From assembly GCA_947466585.1 (NCBI GenBank), contig CANIEU010000005.1, forward strand, positions 64,412-128,411: a DNA stretch of 64,000 nt, given 5' to 3'. The DNA is from Fibrobacterota bacterium (lineage in GTDB: Bacteria > Fibrobacterota > Fibrobacteria > UBA11236). Positions within the stretch are counted from its first letter, which is position 1. Each line of letters begins with the position of its first letter. Position numbers and translations under genes: made by a program. The notes beneath the pieces are model-generated. The model was not told the origin of the DNA, did not search any database, and saw only the letters and a list, made by a program, of their open reading frames with translations. Positions 9,742-18,789 of the stretch are shown here, one piece after another.

Positions 9742-10569
9742 GTGCGACAGGTGATCAGCGTGAACAAGATGCCGCGGCTCAAAATTGCCGGCTGGCTTCC
9801 CGTGTTATCCATGTGTGTTCTGGCGGTTTCCGCAACGGCTGCCAATCCCTTGCAGGCTTCGGAAGGTACGCCTTCGAAGTCGACGCTCGCCGCCGTTTCG
9901 CCGTTTACGGAAGCGGTTTCTCCACTCGCATCTTTGGCCGCACCAGGCATGCCGCGCGACTGGATGGCGCCCGACAACACCATCTTTTATGATCATCCGC
10001 TCATTCTGCGCCAGTGCGGTTACGGCGTGCTCACCGGTTTGGTCGCGGGGTCGCTCGGATTCTACATCGGAAACGCTTTTGAAGGGATGATCTTCGATCA
10101 CAACTCGCACAAAGGCTATCTGAGCTTTACCGGCATTCGCTACGAACACAGTCGGCGCTTTTTGGGCATGCCGGCGGGAGGCCCGTTCCTCGGAGGAACG
10201 ATCGGTCTGTTGGGTGGCAGTTCGCTGATGGTGTTTTTTACGGGCGACGCCGATGAGGAGCCCGGCAGTGTATTCTGGACCGTTGCAGGTGGTGCGCTCA
10301 CCACCGTGGCTGCGCTGGCCTTGGCTGATGTGGCGGGAGTGGGTGAGGATCGTGGCATGCTTCCCTTCATTCCGCTGTTGGCCTTGCCGCCGATCGGCGC
10401 CGTGGGTGGTTATCATGTTTCGCGTTGGTTCAACGATGCCAAGCGGCATCGCATCACGGAACCCGGCAGATCGGCCACGGGTCCGGTTTTCTACGGTCCG
10501 CGTGTGGGCATGACCCCGGGCCCCGACGGAATGGTGACGCGCCTCGAAGCGCTGCGCCTGACATTTTGA
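9742..10569 (+). CDS. Hypothetical exported/membrane protein
   Basis: Signal-like N-terminus and several Gly-rich hydrophobic helices; start uncertain (GTG 9742 after GAGG, or ATG 9769). Confidence 0.65.
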   Translation: MRQVISVNKMPRLKIAGWLPVLSMCVLAVSATAANPLQASEGTPSKSTLAAVSPFTEAVSPLASLAAPGMPRDWMAPDNTIFYDHPLILRQCGYGVLTGLVAGSLGFYIGNAFEGMIFDHNSHKGYLSFTGIRYEHSRRFLGMPAGGPFLGGTIGLLGGSSLMVFFTGDADEEPGSVFWTVAGGALTTVAALALADVAGVGEDRGMLPFIPLLALPPIGAVGGYHVSRWFNDAKRHRITEPGRSATGPVFYGPRVGMTPGPDGMVTRLEALRLTF

Positions 10570-10592
10570 AACCGCTTCATCCACTCCTCGCC

Positions 10593-12725
10593 ATGCGCTT
10601 TCCTGTCGCCCTGATTCTCGCCGTCGGCGGGCTCCTTTCCACGGGATCGGCGGCGGTTGCGCCGGCCTCCGGTGGTCGCGATCGCGATGTGGCGATCGCA
10701 CGGCTGCATAATCGCAGCCTGTTCTCCTGGCATTACGCGCCTCCCGCGCTCGACAACGCCTTTTCAAACCGCGTGTTCGACCTGTATTTAAAACGACTGG
10801 ATCCGCAAAAGCGGTTTTTGCTGAAGTCCGATGTGGATTCGCTCGCGCGTTTTCGCAATCTACTCGACGACCAGATGCGCGCAGGCGACTTCACCTTCGT
10901 CGATGCCGCCAATACGGTGCTCGACCGGCGCGTCACCGACGCGCGTGCCCTGGCCCGCGAGTTGATCAAAGCCGGCGTAGATCTGGATGCTCCCGATTCG
11001 ATCGCATCCGATTTGCGCAAGTTCCAATACGCGGCCGACACCAAGGCGAGACGTCAGCAGTGGAGCCGTCTGCTCAAGTTGCAAATCCTCTCCCGTCTCG
11101 AAAGCCGCGGGCGCGAGTTCAAGGTGGATGACGAAGAAGAGGAAGAGACCGAAGCTTCCCGCGCGAAACCCTTCGCACGCCCCGATAGTGCCGCCCTGCG
11201 CGAGGCCCGCGCCTACGTGGAGCGCAGCCTCGACCGCAGTTTCGCGCGCATGATCCGCGAAGACAAGTTCGAGCGCGTCGCCATTTATCTCGACGCCGTG
11301 GCCAACGTGGCTGATCCGCATACGTCGTACCTCAAACCCGAGGGACGTGAAGAGTTTAACATGACCATGAGCGGCACGCTGCAAGGCATCGGCGCCACGC
11401 TGCGCGAAGACGACGGTTTCATTCGCGTGGTGGCGATCATTCCCGGCAGTGCGTCGTGGCGGCAACGTCAGCTGAAAGCCGAAGACAAAATCCTCAAGGT
11501 CGCGCAGGGTTCCGACGAGCCCGTCGATTTGGCCGATGCCAGCGTGCAGGAGGCCGTGCGCCTGATCCGTGGGCCCAAGGGCACCGAGGTGCGCCTCACG
11601 GTGCAGAAACCCGACGGCCAGATCAAGGTGATTTCCATCATCCGCGATGTGGTGGTGGTCGAGGAAAGCTACGCCAAGTCCGCCCTGCTCGAGACGCCGG
11701 GGTCGGCGCTCAAGGTGGGTTACATCACCCTTCCCGCCTTCTACCACGATTTCCAGAACCCCAAGGGCCGCAGCAGCGCGACGGACGTGCGCCGCGAACT
11801 GGAACGCCTCAAGGCGCAAGGCGTAGGCGCGGTGGTGCTCGATCTGCGCGGCAACGGCGGCGGCTCCCTCGACGATGCCGTCAAAATGGCCGGGCTCTTT
11901 CTGCCATGGGGCCCGATGGTGCAGGTGCGAGACCGTCAGGGTGCCGGTAACGTGCTCGAAGACATGGATCCTTCGGTGGTGTTCGACGGCCCGTTGGCGG
12001 TGCTCGTGAATACGTTCAGCGCTTCGGCCTCGGAGATCATGGCCGCCGCCATGCAGGATTACGGCCGCGCGGTGATTTTCGGAACGGACACCACCTTCGG
12101 CAAGGGCACCGTGCAAACCCTCATCGATCTCGACAACCTTGCCGCACCCTCCGAGGCCGCCTACAAGCCGATGGGTACCCTCAAGCTCACCATTCAGAAG
12201 TTCTACCGCGTCAACGGAGGCTCCACCCAATTCTTGGGCGTTGTTCCCGACATTCTGATTCCCGACGGCTACACGAACCTCGATGTTGGGGAGAAGAGCC
12301 TCGAGTATCCGCTGCCATGGGATTCGGCGCGCCCGCTTCGCATCCAACGCTGGTACGCACCGCCGCCGCTCTCCGATTTGCAGGCGAAGAGCCGCGGGCG
12401 CGTGGCGGCCAGCCCGTATTTTACACGTTTGCATTCGACGCTCCGCGCGCAGGCCTTACGCAAGAACGATTTCGTTCCACTGTCGCTCGACCGGTATTTC
12501 GCCGAGCGGGAACGCAATCGAATCGAAGGCGATTCGCTCGAGGTGCTGCAAAAGCAAAAAGCCGGTTTGACCGTCACACCGCTTATTTCGTTGAACGCTG
12601 CGTTCGCCGCGGATTCGGTGGAACAGCGCAAGGCGAACGATTGGAAGGAACAGCTCGGCAAGGACTTTTACTTGCGCGAGGCGGTCGACGTTTTGTGTGA
12701 TTGGGCCGGCGCCGCGAAGAAGTAG
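10593..12725 (+). CDS. prc: Carboxy-terminal processing protease (S41, Prc/Tsp)
   Basis: DPHTSY, GIGA (PDZ), DLRGNGGGSL, SASASE (Ser), FGKGTVQ (Lys), KFYRVNGGSTQ. Confidence 0.93.
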   Translation: MRFPVALILAVGGLLSTGSAAVAPASGGRDRDVAIARLHNRSLFSWHYAPPALDNAFSNRVFDLYLKRLDPQKRFLLKSDVDSLARFRNLLDDQMRAGDFTFVDAANTVLDRRVTDARALARELIKAGVDLDAPDSIASDLRKFQYAADTKARRQQWSRLLKLQILSRLESRGREFKVDDEEEEETEASRAKPFARPDSAALREARAYVERSLDRSFARMIREDKFERVAIYLDAVANVADPHTSYLKPEGREEFNMTMSGTLQGIGATLREDDGFIRVVAIIPGSASWRQRQLKAEDKILKVAQGSDEPVDLADASVQEAVRLIRGPKGTEVRLTVQKPDGQIKVISIIRDVVVVEESYAKSALLETPGSALKVGYITLPAFYHDFQNPKGRSSATDVRRELERLKAQGVGAVVLDLRGNGGGSLDDAVKMAGLFLPWGPMVQVRDRQGAGNVLEDMDPSVVFDGPLAVLVNTFSASASEIMAAAMQDYGRAVIFGTDTTFGKGTVQTLIDLDNLAAPSEAAYKPMGTLKLTIQKFYRVNGGSTQFLGVVPDILIPDGYTNLDVGEKSLEYPLPWDSARPLRIQRWYAPPPLSDLQAKSRGRVAASPYFTRLHSTLRAQALRKNDFVPLSLDRYFAERERNRIEGDSLEVLQKQKAGLTVTPLISLNAAFAADSVEQRKANDWKEQLGKDFYLREAVDVLCDWAGAAKK

Positions 12726-12751
12726 GCGGTTGGTGGTTAACCACCAACCGC
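12726..12751. terminator. Perfect 26-bp palindrome between convergent genes; probable terminator
   Basis: GCGGTTGGTGGTT-AACCACCAACCGC followed by GATTTTT on the + strand. Confidence 0.6.
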
Positions 12752-13555
12752 GATTTTTCCGTACGACCAGTTGTATTGTTCCGGCGCTCGCGTGAGCGCC
12801 TTTTCCATCTCCACGGATAGATCTGCGCGCAGGGCCTCGGGCCGCACGCGCGTGAAGCGGAACACGGTATCGTGCGCTCCTTCCAGAACCACCGATACCG
12901 CTAGGCATTCCGGCCGCCGCGCCCCGATCCAATCCAGCAAGCGGGTGGGTATGGGTATGCGGACCCGACCCTTTTGAAAGGTCATCCAGTTTTCGGTCTG
13001 ACCGGGAACCTGGTCGATCATCAAGGCCAGCACTCCGGGACCGCTTTCGCACCGTGCCCAGCCCCGCAGCAAGGCCGTGTCTCCCGGCCGGATCACAGTC
13101 ACGCCGCTGATCCGTCTGCCTCGCGACATCCATTCCGCCAGCTCGGGAGAAAAGGCCGAGGCAGTCATCAGGAAGAAAGGGTGAGCGGGAGCATTCCTTG
13201 CAGGGATTTGATGGAGCAATTCCACGGGCCCTTGGTGCCAGCCAAACAGCACCACGGGATTCCCGGAGGCCAGCGCGTCGGCATAGAGACTCGACCCCTC
13301 GATCCGAATGGTGCTTCCGTCGTACCTTCCGTTAAAATGTTGCAGCGACTGCAAGGCAAGACGCAACCGCATGCGGTAGTAGGTACGTGCGGAAACCGGT
13401 GGCTGCAAACGGACGAGGCGTCGCCGGGTCCGTTTCCGGATGAGTGCGTACACGGGCAACGTGGCTTCACCGAGAATGGTCGCAACAATCGGAGGGAGGC
13501 GACCGATGGCCTTCAACAGAAGTACCGCGAACGCTCCGATGATGCGCTTCAACAT
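12737..13555 (-). CDS. Divergent lipid A lauroyl/LpxL-like (LPLAT family) acyltransferase
   Basis: N-terminal membrane anchor, VVLFGWHQGPVE (H-x4-E), LALMIDQ, C-terminal PEQYNW. Confidence 0.7.
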   Translation of the reverse strand: MLKRIIGAFAVLLLKAIGRLPPIVATILGEATLPVYALIRKRTRRRLVRLQPPVSARTYYRMRLRLALQSLQHFNGRYDGSTIRIEGSSLYADALASGNPVVLFGWHQGPVELLHQIPARNAPAHPFFLMTASAFSPELAEWMSRGRRISGVTVIRPGDTALLRGWARCESGPGVLALMIDQVPGQTENWMTFQKGRVRIPIPTRLLDWIGARRPECLAVSVVLEGAHDTVFRFTRVRPEALRADLSVEMEKALTRAPEQYNWSYGKIAVGG

Positions 13556-13557
13556 GG

Positions 13558-14949
13558 TCACGCAGAAAGAATCGTGCGTGTGGCATCCTCGTGGAAGGCG
13601 TCCGGAGCGAGGCCTTCTCCGGCGTAGGAGGTGAGCGGAGAGACTTCGACTTCCTTCTCCGCGAGCCGGGACTCCGGGAGACCCGCTTGCTGCGCCCACA
13701 GTCGGTGCAGGTCGAGAATCAGGGCGCGGGCTGTGGCCGGGCTGTCGGAAACACCTTCGCCGGAACGGTTTTTGACCGGGGCGAATTCGGCAGCGCGTTC
13801 GACTTCGAGCACGGCCATATCGGGAGCCATCGGGAATAGGTCGAACATGAAGAGTTCGAACTTCCACGCGTTCGGCGATGCGGGGGAGACGAGAGCGCCT
13901 TCCGCATCGACATGGGGGATTTTCTTGTGAGCGACGTGCCAAGGCAAGGCGGCATCAGCGTGCTGTTCGAGGAAGTCGCGCCGGAAAAGATGCACGGCGA
14001 TGTTCGCGGCACCATAGAGAAGCACACCCTCCGCACTGTCGTTCGCGCGTGCGGCACACATTTCGGGGGGCATTTCGCTGTACTCGATCACCGAAGGTTT
14101 GCCATCGCGGCGGCAGAATACGCCCACGCGCTCTTCGGGAGAAACCTTGGGCACGGCCTTGCTGGCGGCCGGAAGACCGGATTTCAATGCGAACCCGAGA
14201 AACTCCGGGTCGCAGACGCGTACGAGGGCGTTGTCGACGCTATAGAAGAACAACCACTCCACACCGCGGCGGCGCATGTCGTCTAACGCTCCCGAAGCCT
14301 TGAGTGCGGGAAAGCAGCCGCCGTTGCCGTTGGGGCCGAGCGCGATGCGCCCCTTATCCGAAAGCAGGATTTTCCCGGTGTCGTCGGTAAGCGGAAATTC
14401 GGCTTGGGGAAAGAAGGCAATTTGGTTTTCGGGAAGGCCGAAGAAGGCGTGTTGGCTGAAAAAGCCGGTGGTGGCTGCGTGGTTTTCGCGGCTCGTCATG
14501 ATGTACCACGGAACGGGTTTACCACACAAGGTTCCGATACGCAGCAACCGTTCGGCCTGCAATTGGAACAGTGATTTGTGCGAGGGCAGGCCGATGTCGA
14601 ATACGCCCTTGGGGCCGTCGTGTCCGAGGCGCGTGCCTTGTCCGCCTGCGACTAAAAACGCGGCGCATTTCCCTTCCGCCAAAGCAGCAAGTCCGAGTCG
14701 GCGGTATTCCGCGCTCACATGCGGGGCGGGGTTTTGGCCCGGCAAGGGTTCGATGCGTGCGGTTGCCGAAGCCTCCGGAGCAGGATGGGTCACCAAGGTG
14801 CGATGCAGTTTTGCGACCGTGTCGAAATCGATTGCGGAGATGTCGGAAAGCAACCCGGCCCGGCTTTCCGCATCGAGCTCTTCCCAGAAGCGGAGGAGGT
14901 GGGATTGACCGTGGAGGGCGAGAAGGGCTTGCGCGGATTCGAAAGTCAT
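13558..14949 (-). CDS. UDP-N-acetylglucosamine pyrophosphorylase, eukaryote-type (UDPGP type 1 family)
   Basis: AGGQGTRLG..GPKG, KSLFQLQAER, PNGNGG, SVDN, IEYSE, KFELFMFD, EFAPVKN. Confidence 0.9.
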   Translation of the reverse strand: MTFESAQALLALHGQSHLLRFWEELDAESRAGLLSDISAIDFDTVAKLHRTLVTHPAPEASATARIEPLPGQNPAPHVSAEYRRLGLAALAEGKCAAFLVAGGQGTRLGHDGPKGVFDIGLPSHKSLFQLQAERLLRIGTLCGKPVPWYIMTSRENHAATTGFFSQHAFFGLPENQIAFFPQAEFPLTDDTGKILLSDKGRIALGPNGNGGCFPALKASGALDDMRRRGVEWLFFYSVDNALVRVCDPEFLGFALKSGLPAASKAVPKVSPEERVGVFCRRDGKPSVIEYSEMPPEMCAARANDSAEGVLLYGAANIAVHLFRRDFLEQHADAALPWHVAHKKIPHVDAEGALVSPASPNAWKFELFMFDLFPMAPDMAVLEVERAAEFAPVKNRSGEGVSDSPATARALILDLHRLWAQQAGLPESRLAEKEVEVSPLTSYAGEGLAPDAFHEDATRTILSA

Positions 14950-14961
14950 GCCCGGCTCACC

Positions 14962-16113
14962 TTACCGCAGTTTGAAGAACACCAGCAAACCGAGAATCAG
15001 CGCCAGGATCGACACGAGGTGGAAACGCCAGATCAGTTTGGAATTCAGTGCTTGGATGCTCGGGAACCGGTCTTTCCATTTGAATTGGTAATGGTGATGC
15101 AGCGGTGCGCGCAGAAAGATGCGGCGGCCCTGTTTGTCGCCCGAGAAGTTTTTGGTGAGCTTAAATCCGCTGATCTGCAAAACCACCGAGGCCATTTCCA
15201 ACACGAGGACGAGACCCACGATGGGAAGAAAAAATTCGATTTTGAGCAGAACGAACATCACGCCGACCGCGCCGCCCAGACCGATGGCTCCCGCATCGCC
15301 CATGTAGATCTCGGCGGGAGGACTGTTGTACCACAGGTAGGCTAGTAGGCCACCAACCATGGCAGTACAGATGGGAGTGAGTTCGTCGCCCCCGGGAATG
15401 TGCGGGATGAGGAAGTATTTCGCGAGGATGGCATTGCCCGAGATGTAGGCGACCAATCCCGCGAACAGGGCGGTGGTTATCAGCGGCACGCTGACGAGCG
15501 AATCCATGCCGTCGGTGAAGTTGGCGCCGTTGGCGGTGGAGGCGATCACCAGGCAGATCAACCCGATGAAGGCCCAGTTCGGAAGATGGGGGAACCACAA
15601 CTCGGGCTTGATGAACGGGACGGTAACGTGGCCGGAGAGTCCCGGAATGAATTTGTACGCGAAGACCGCGACCACTAACGAGAACAGAAAGTACAGGAAC
15701 AGGCGCAGCCGTGCGGAAATACCGTCGGCCTTGGCCTGGTAATCGGCGCGGGTGATTTTACCCAAGGCGACGAGGCGCTTGTTGCGCACCTTCATGAGAT
15801 CATCGACGCCCCCAATGGCGGCATAGGCGATGAGAATCACGAGGGTGGACACGGAGTATGCATTCCACTTCGAGAAGGTCAGGCTCGCGATGATTACCGC
15901 CAGGACGACCAGCATGCCTCCGAGGATGGGCGGCGGCGGGGTTTTGCCGTGGTCGAAATCGGCGGTCGCGTCGACCCGGCGAAGATAAGCGATGAACCCG
16001 GGCATGAACACGAACACGATGAGAGCGGCAAAAAGGGAGGAGGCTCCGGCCCGAAACAGGCGGTCCTGGAACAGTTGGATGCCGGTCAAATTGAAAAGCA
16101 GAATCGAAAGCAT
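14962..16113 (-). CDS. mraY: MraY-like phospho-N-acetylmuramoyl-pentapeptide transferase (GT4/PNPT family)
   Basis: GGVDD, NFTDGMD, YNSPPAEIYMGDAG, E-x-x-SVVLQ, RIFLRAPLHHHY; many TM helices. Confidence 0.8.
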   Translation of the reverse strand: MLSILLFNLTGIQLFQDRLFRAGASSLFAALIVFVFMPGFIAYLRRVDATADFDHGKTPPPPILGGMLVVLAVIIASLTFSKWNAYSVSTLVILIAYAAIGGVDDLMKVRNKRLVALGKITRADYQAKADGISARLRLFLYFLFSLVVAVFAYKFIPGLSGHVTVPFIKPELWFPHLPNWAFIGLICLVIASTANGANFTDGMDSLVSVPLITTALFAGLVAYISGNAILAKYFLIPHIPGGDELTPICTAMVGGLLAYLWYNSPPAEIYMGDAGAIGLGGAVGVMFVLLKIEFFLPIVGLVLVLEMASVVLQISGFKLTKNFSGDKQGRRIFLRAPLHHHYQFKWKDRFPSIQALNSKLIWRFHLVSILALILGLLVFFKLR

Positions 16114-16114
16114 T

Positions 16115-17110
16115 TCAGACCTTGATAGGGGCGGGAGCTGTTGCGACGACCGTTGGCCCAGGCGCGCCGCGGGTTTTAATTTCGGCGTACAGATCGCGAA
16201 GGCTGTCTTCCAACGAGATCATGGGCTTCCAACCGGTAAGTGCCATGAATTTTTCGGGAGAGCCTGCGAGCAGGGGAATATCGAGCGCCCGCTCCAGCGA
16301 AGGATCGATGCGGATTTCGATCGGACAACCGGACAGCTGGATCAGGAACTGGACCAGATCCCGGATGGTGCGCACCTTGCCTGAACAGATGTTGTAGGTC
16401 TCGCCGGTGTTGCCGCGCTTCATCAAGAGGGCGAAGGCGCGTGCTTGATCGCGCACGTCGATGTAGTCGCGCGACACGTCGAGGTTTCCGGTGTAGATCG
16501 CGGTTTCTCCGTCGTTCAATTCGATGGAGGCGATTTGCGAAGCCGTAGAGGACAATACGAATTTTTCAGGCTGGTGCGGTCCCGTCACGCCGAAGGGGCG
16601 GGCCGTTACCGTGTCGAGACCGTGGGCGACGGTGAACTGGCGGGCGATCAATTCGCACGAAGCCTGCGCCGTGGCATAAGGCGAGAGCGGAAGGAAGCGG
16701 TCGGTTTCGTGATGGAGGATATCCATCGCTCCCTTGCGGCCACCGTAAATTTCCGAAGAAGATGCCAGTACCACGCGGGCTTTGGGCACCGATTGGCGCA
16801 CCGATTCGAAGAGATTGTACGCTCCGGAGGTGAAGAACTGGTAGAGCGCAGCGGGCTTCATTCCCGGCATGCCCAGCGAGAACTCCTGCGACACAAGATG
16901 ATAAACTTCGGCCGGCCTCCAAGTGTTCATCAGGGAAAGCGTCTGCTTGAAATCGGAAAGATCGGACCCCACGTAGGTCACGTGGGAAAGGCGCAAACGC
17001 TCGGGTACAGGCTCGGAAGTTACGGCAACAATGTCGCCGCCATCGTGCGGCAACAGGTTCAGCAGGTGATACCCGAGGGTGCTGTTGCAGCCGGTGACGA
17101 GAATGCTCAC
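16115..17110 (-). CDS. Extended SDR, GDP-mannose dehydratase/RMD-like, with degenerate motifs
   Basis: SSSEIYG, P-x-SPY, RPF..TGP.Q, GNLDVSRDYIDVRD, GETYNICSG; GxxGxxG reads GCNSTLG and YxxxK reads YATAQ. Confidence 0.8.
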   Translation of the reverse strand: MSILVTGCNSTLGYHLLNLLPHDGGDIVAVTSEPVPERLRLSHVTYVGSDLSDFKQTLSLMNTWRPAEVYHLVSQEFSLGMPGMKPAALYQFFTSGAYNLFESVRQSVPKARVVLASSSEIYGGRKGAMDILHHETDRFLPLSPYATAQASCELIARQFTVAHGLDTVTARPFGVTGPHQPEKFVLSSTASQIASIELNDGETAIYTGNLDVSRDYIDVRDQARAFALLMKRGNTGETYNICSGKVRTIRDLVQFLIQLSGCPIEIRIDPSLERALDIPLLAGSPEKFMALTGWKPMISLEDSLRDLYAEIKTRGAPGPTVVATAPAPIKV

Positions 17111-18789
17111 GCGCCCGCTCCCGGAGTGGTTTCAGCGGGTGAATCCGAGGCCGTAGGAGGATGTTCCAGAACGCTGTAGAAGGCCGCCAGCACGTCGGCT
17201 TTGGGCGGGTTGACCACGGTTTCCACGGCGCCGATACGGCGGGGCAGAATGAACACGCGCTTGTTTTGTTCGGCCTTCTTGTCGCGCCCCGTGGCTTCCC
17301 ATGCTTTTTCTGCGTCGAAGCGGCCCCGGAAATACCGCGGCAGTTCGAGGCGGTCGAGCAGCGCGTTGTGACGGATTTCGTCTTCCGCGGTGAACATGCC
17401 GAGGCGCACCGCGAGTCGCGCGGCGCAGCGCATCCCGAGAGCTACGGCCAGGCCGTGGGGCAAGTCGCGATAATTGGCGAGGTATTCGAAAGCGTGTCCG
17501 AAGGTGTGCCCGTAGTTCAGCACCGCGCGTCCGCCTTCTTCGCGTTCCCGTTCGTCACGACCCACCACTTCGGCCTTGATGGCGCACGAGGTGCGGATCA
17601 CACGGCGCAGCGTTTCAGGATCCTTCGCCAACACCGCAGCGGCGTTTTGGTCGAGATCGGCGAATAGCCCGTTGTCGCGGATCACAGCATACTTGGCCAC
17701 CTCTGCGAGGCCCGCGAGAAACTCGCCGTGCGGCAGGGTGGAAAGTGCGGACAGACTGATGATCACGGCGCGCGGTTGATGAAACGCGCCGACCAGGTTT
17801 TTCCCCAACGGATGATTCACGCCGGTTTTTCCACCCACGCTCGAGTCGACCATCGACAACAAGGTGGTGGGCACCTGCACGAATTCCACGCCCCGCATGA
17901 AGATGGAGGCGGCGAAGCCGGCCATGTCTCCGGTCACGCCGCCGCCGACTGCGTACACCGTGGTCTTCCGCGAGCAGTTTTTACGCAACATCCAGGTGAT
18001 GAGTTTCTGCACCGAGGCGAGGGATTTTTCCTGTTCGCCGCCGCGCCAATAAAACGCCGGAGCGCCCCGCAAGGCGTGGCGCAGTTGTTCGAGCATCGTT
18101 CCTTGCGCGGCCTTGATCATCTGATCCGAGGCGATAACGGAATGGCGGGGACAATCGGTCTTGTCGGCGATGGCGTCCGCATGCCCTGAAAGGTCTTCTT
18201 CGATATAGATCGGATAGCGGCGCTCGCCCAGTTCGACCCAAAGCGGATCGAGTTGCTCCACTTGCAATCGGTGGATGATGCGCCGGGTGATCGAATGATG
18301 CGGGGTGTCTTCGCCCGACTCGAAGCGGAAGTCGGCCAGGTCGTACACCGGTTTGCGTTCGGTCAGCATGGCCTTGATCTTCACGAGCTTGGCCGCGTCG
18401 TCGAGCCCGGCCAGCAGCGGGCGCGAGTCCTGTTTACGGTTCACGCGCTCGAGAATGACTTCGGGTCGCGCGTACAGATTGATGAGCACGCCGTTTTGAC
18501 GCACCAGTTCGAGCGCTCCGGGATTGAGCAGGGTCCCGCCGCCCAGCGCGGCCACCATGGGACCGCCCTCGCAGATTTCTCGCAGCACTTCGACTTCCAT
18601 CGCCCGAAAGGCGGGCTCGCCTTGCTCCGCGAAAATTTCGGGAATGGTTTTTCCGGCACGCTCTTCGACGAGGCGGTCGGTGTCGAAAAATTTCCAGCCC
18701 AGCGAGGCCGCTGTCAGCGAGCCGATGCGGCTCTTGCCGGTCGCCATGAAACCGGTGAAGAAAATGCTGCGGGTCAACGGGATCTTCAT
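17107..18789 (-). CDS. aroB: Shikimate kinase / 3-dehydroquinate synthase fusion (AroK-AroB)
   Basis: N-terminal GFMATGKS, DTD, GGG, RPLL; C-terminal GGGVTGD, VPTTLLSMVDSSVGGKTGVN, LNYGHTFGHA. Confidence 0.93.
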   Translation of the reverse strand: MKIPLTRSIFFTGFMATGKSRIGSLTAASLGWKFFDTDRLVEERAGKTIPEIFAEQGEPAFRAMEVEVLREICEGGPMVAALGGGTLLNPGALELVRQNGVLINLYARPEVILERVNRKQDSRPLLAGLDDAAKLVKIKAMLTERKPVYDLADFRFESGEDTPHHSITRRIIHRLQVEQLDPLWVELGERRYPIYIEEDLSGHADAIADKTDCPRHSVIASDQMIKAAQGTMLEQLRHALRGAPAFYWRGGEQEKSLASVQKLITWMLRKNCSRKTTVYAVGGGVTGDMAGFAASIFMRGVEFVQVPTTLLSMVDSSVGGKTGVNHPLGKNLVGAFHQPRAVIISLSALSTLPHGEFLAGLAEVAKYAVIRDNGLFADLDQNAAAVLAKDPETLRRVIRTSCAIKAEVVGRDEREREEGGRAVLNYGHTFGHAFEYLANYRDLPHGLAVALGMRCAARLAVRLGMFTAEDEIRHNALLDRLELPRYFRGRFDAEKAWEATGRDKKAEQNKRVFILPRRIGAVETVVNPPKADVLAAFYSVLEHPPTASDSPAETTPGAGA

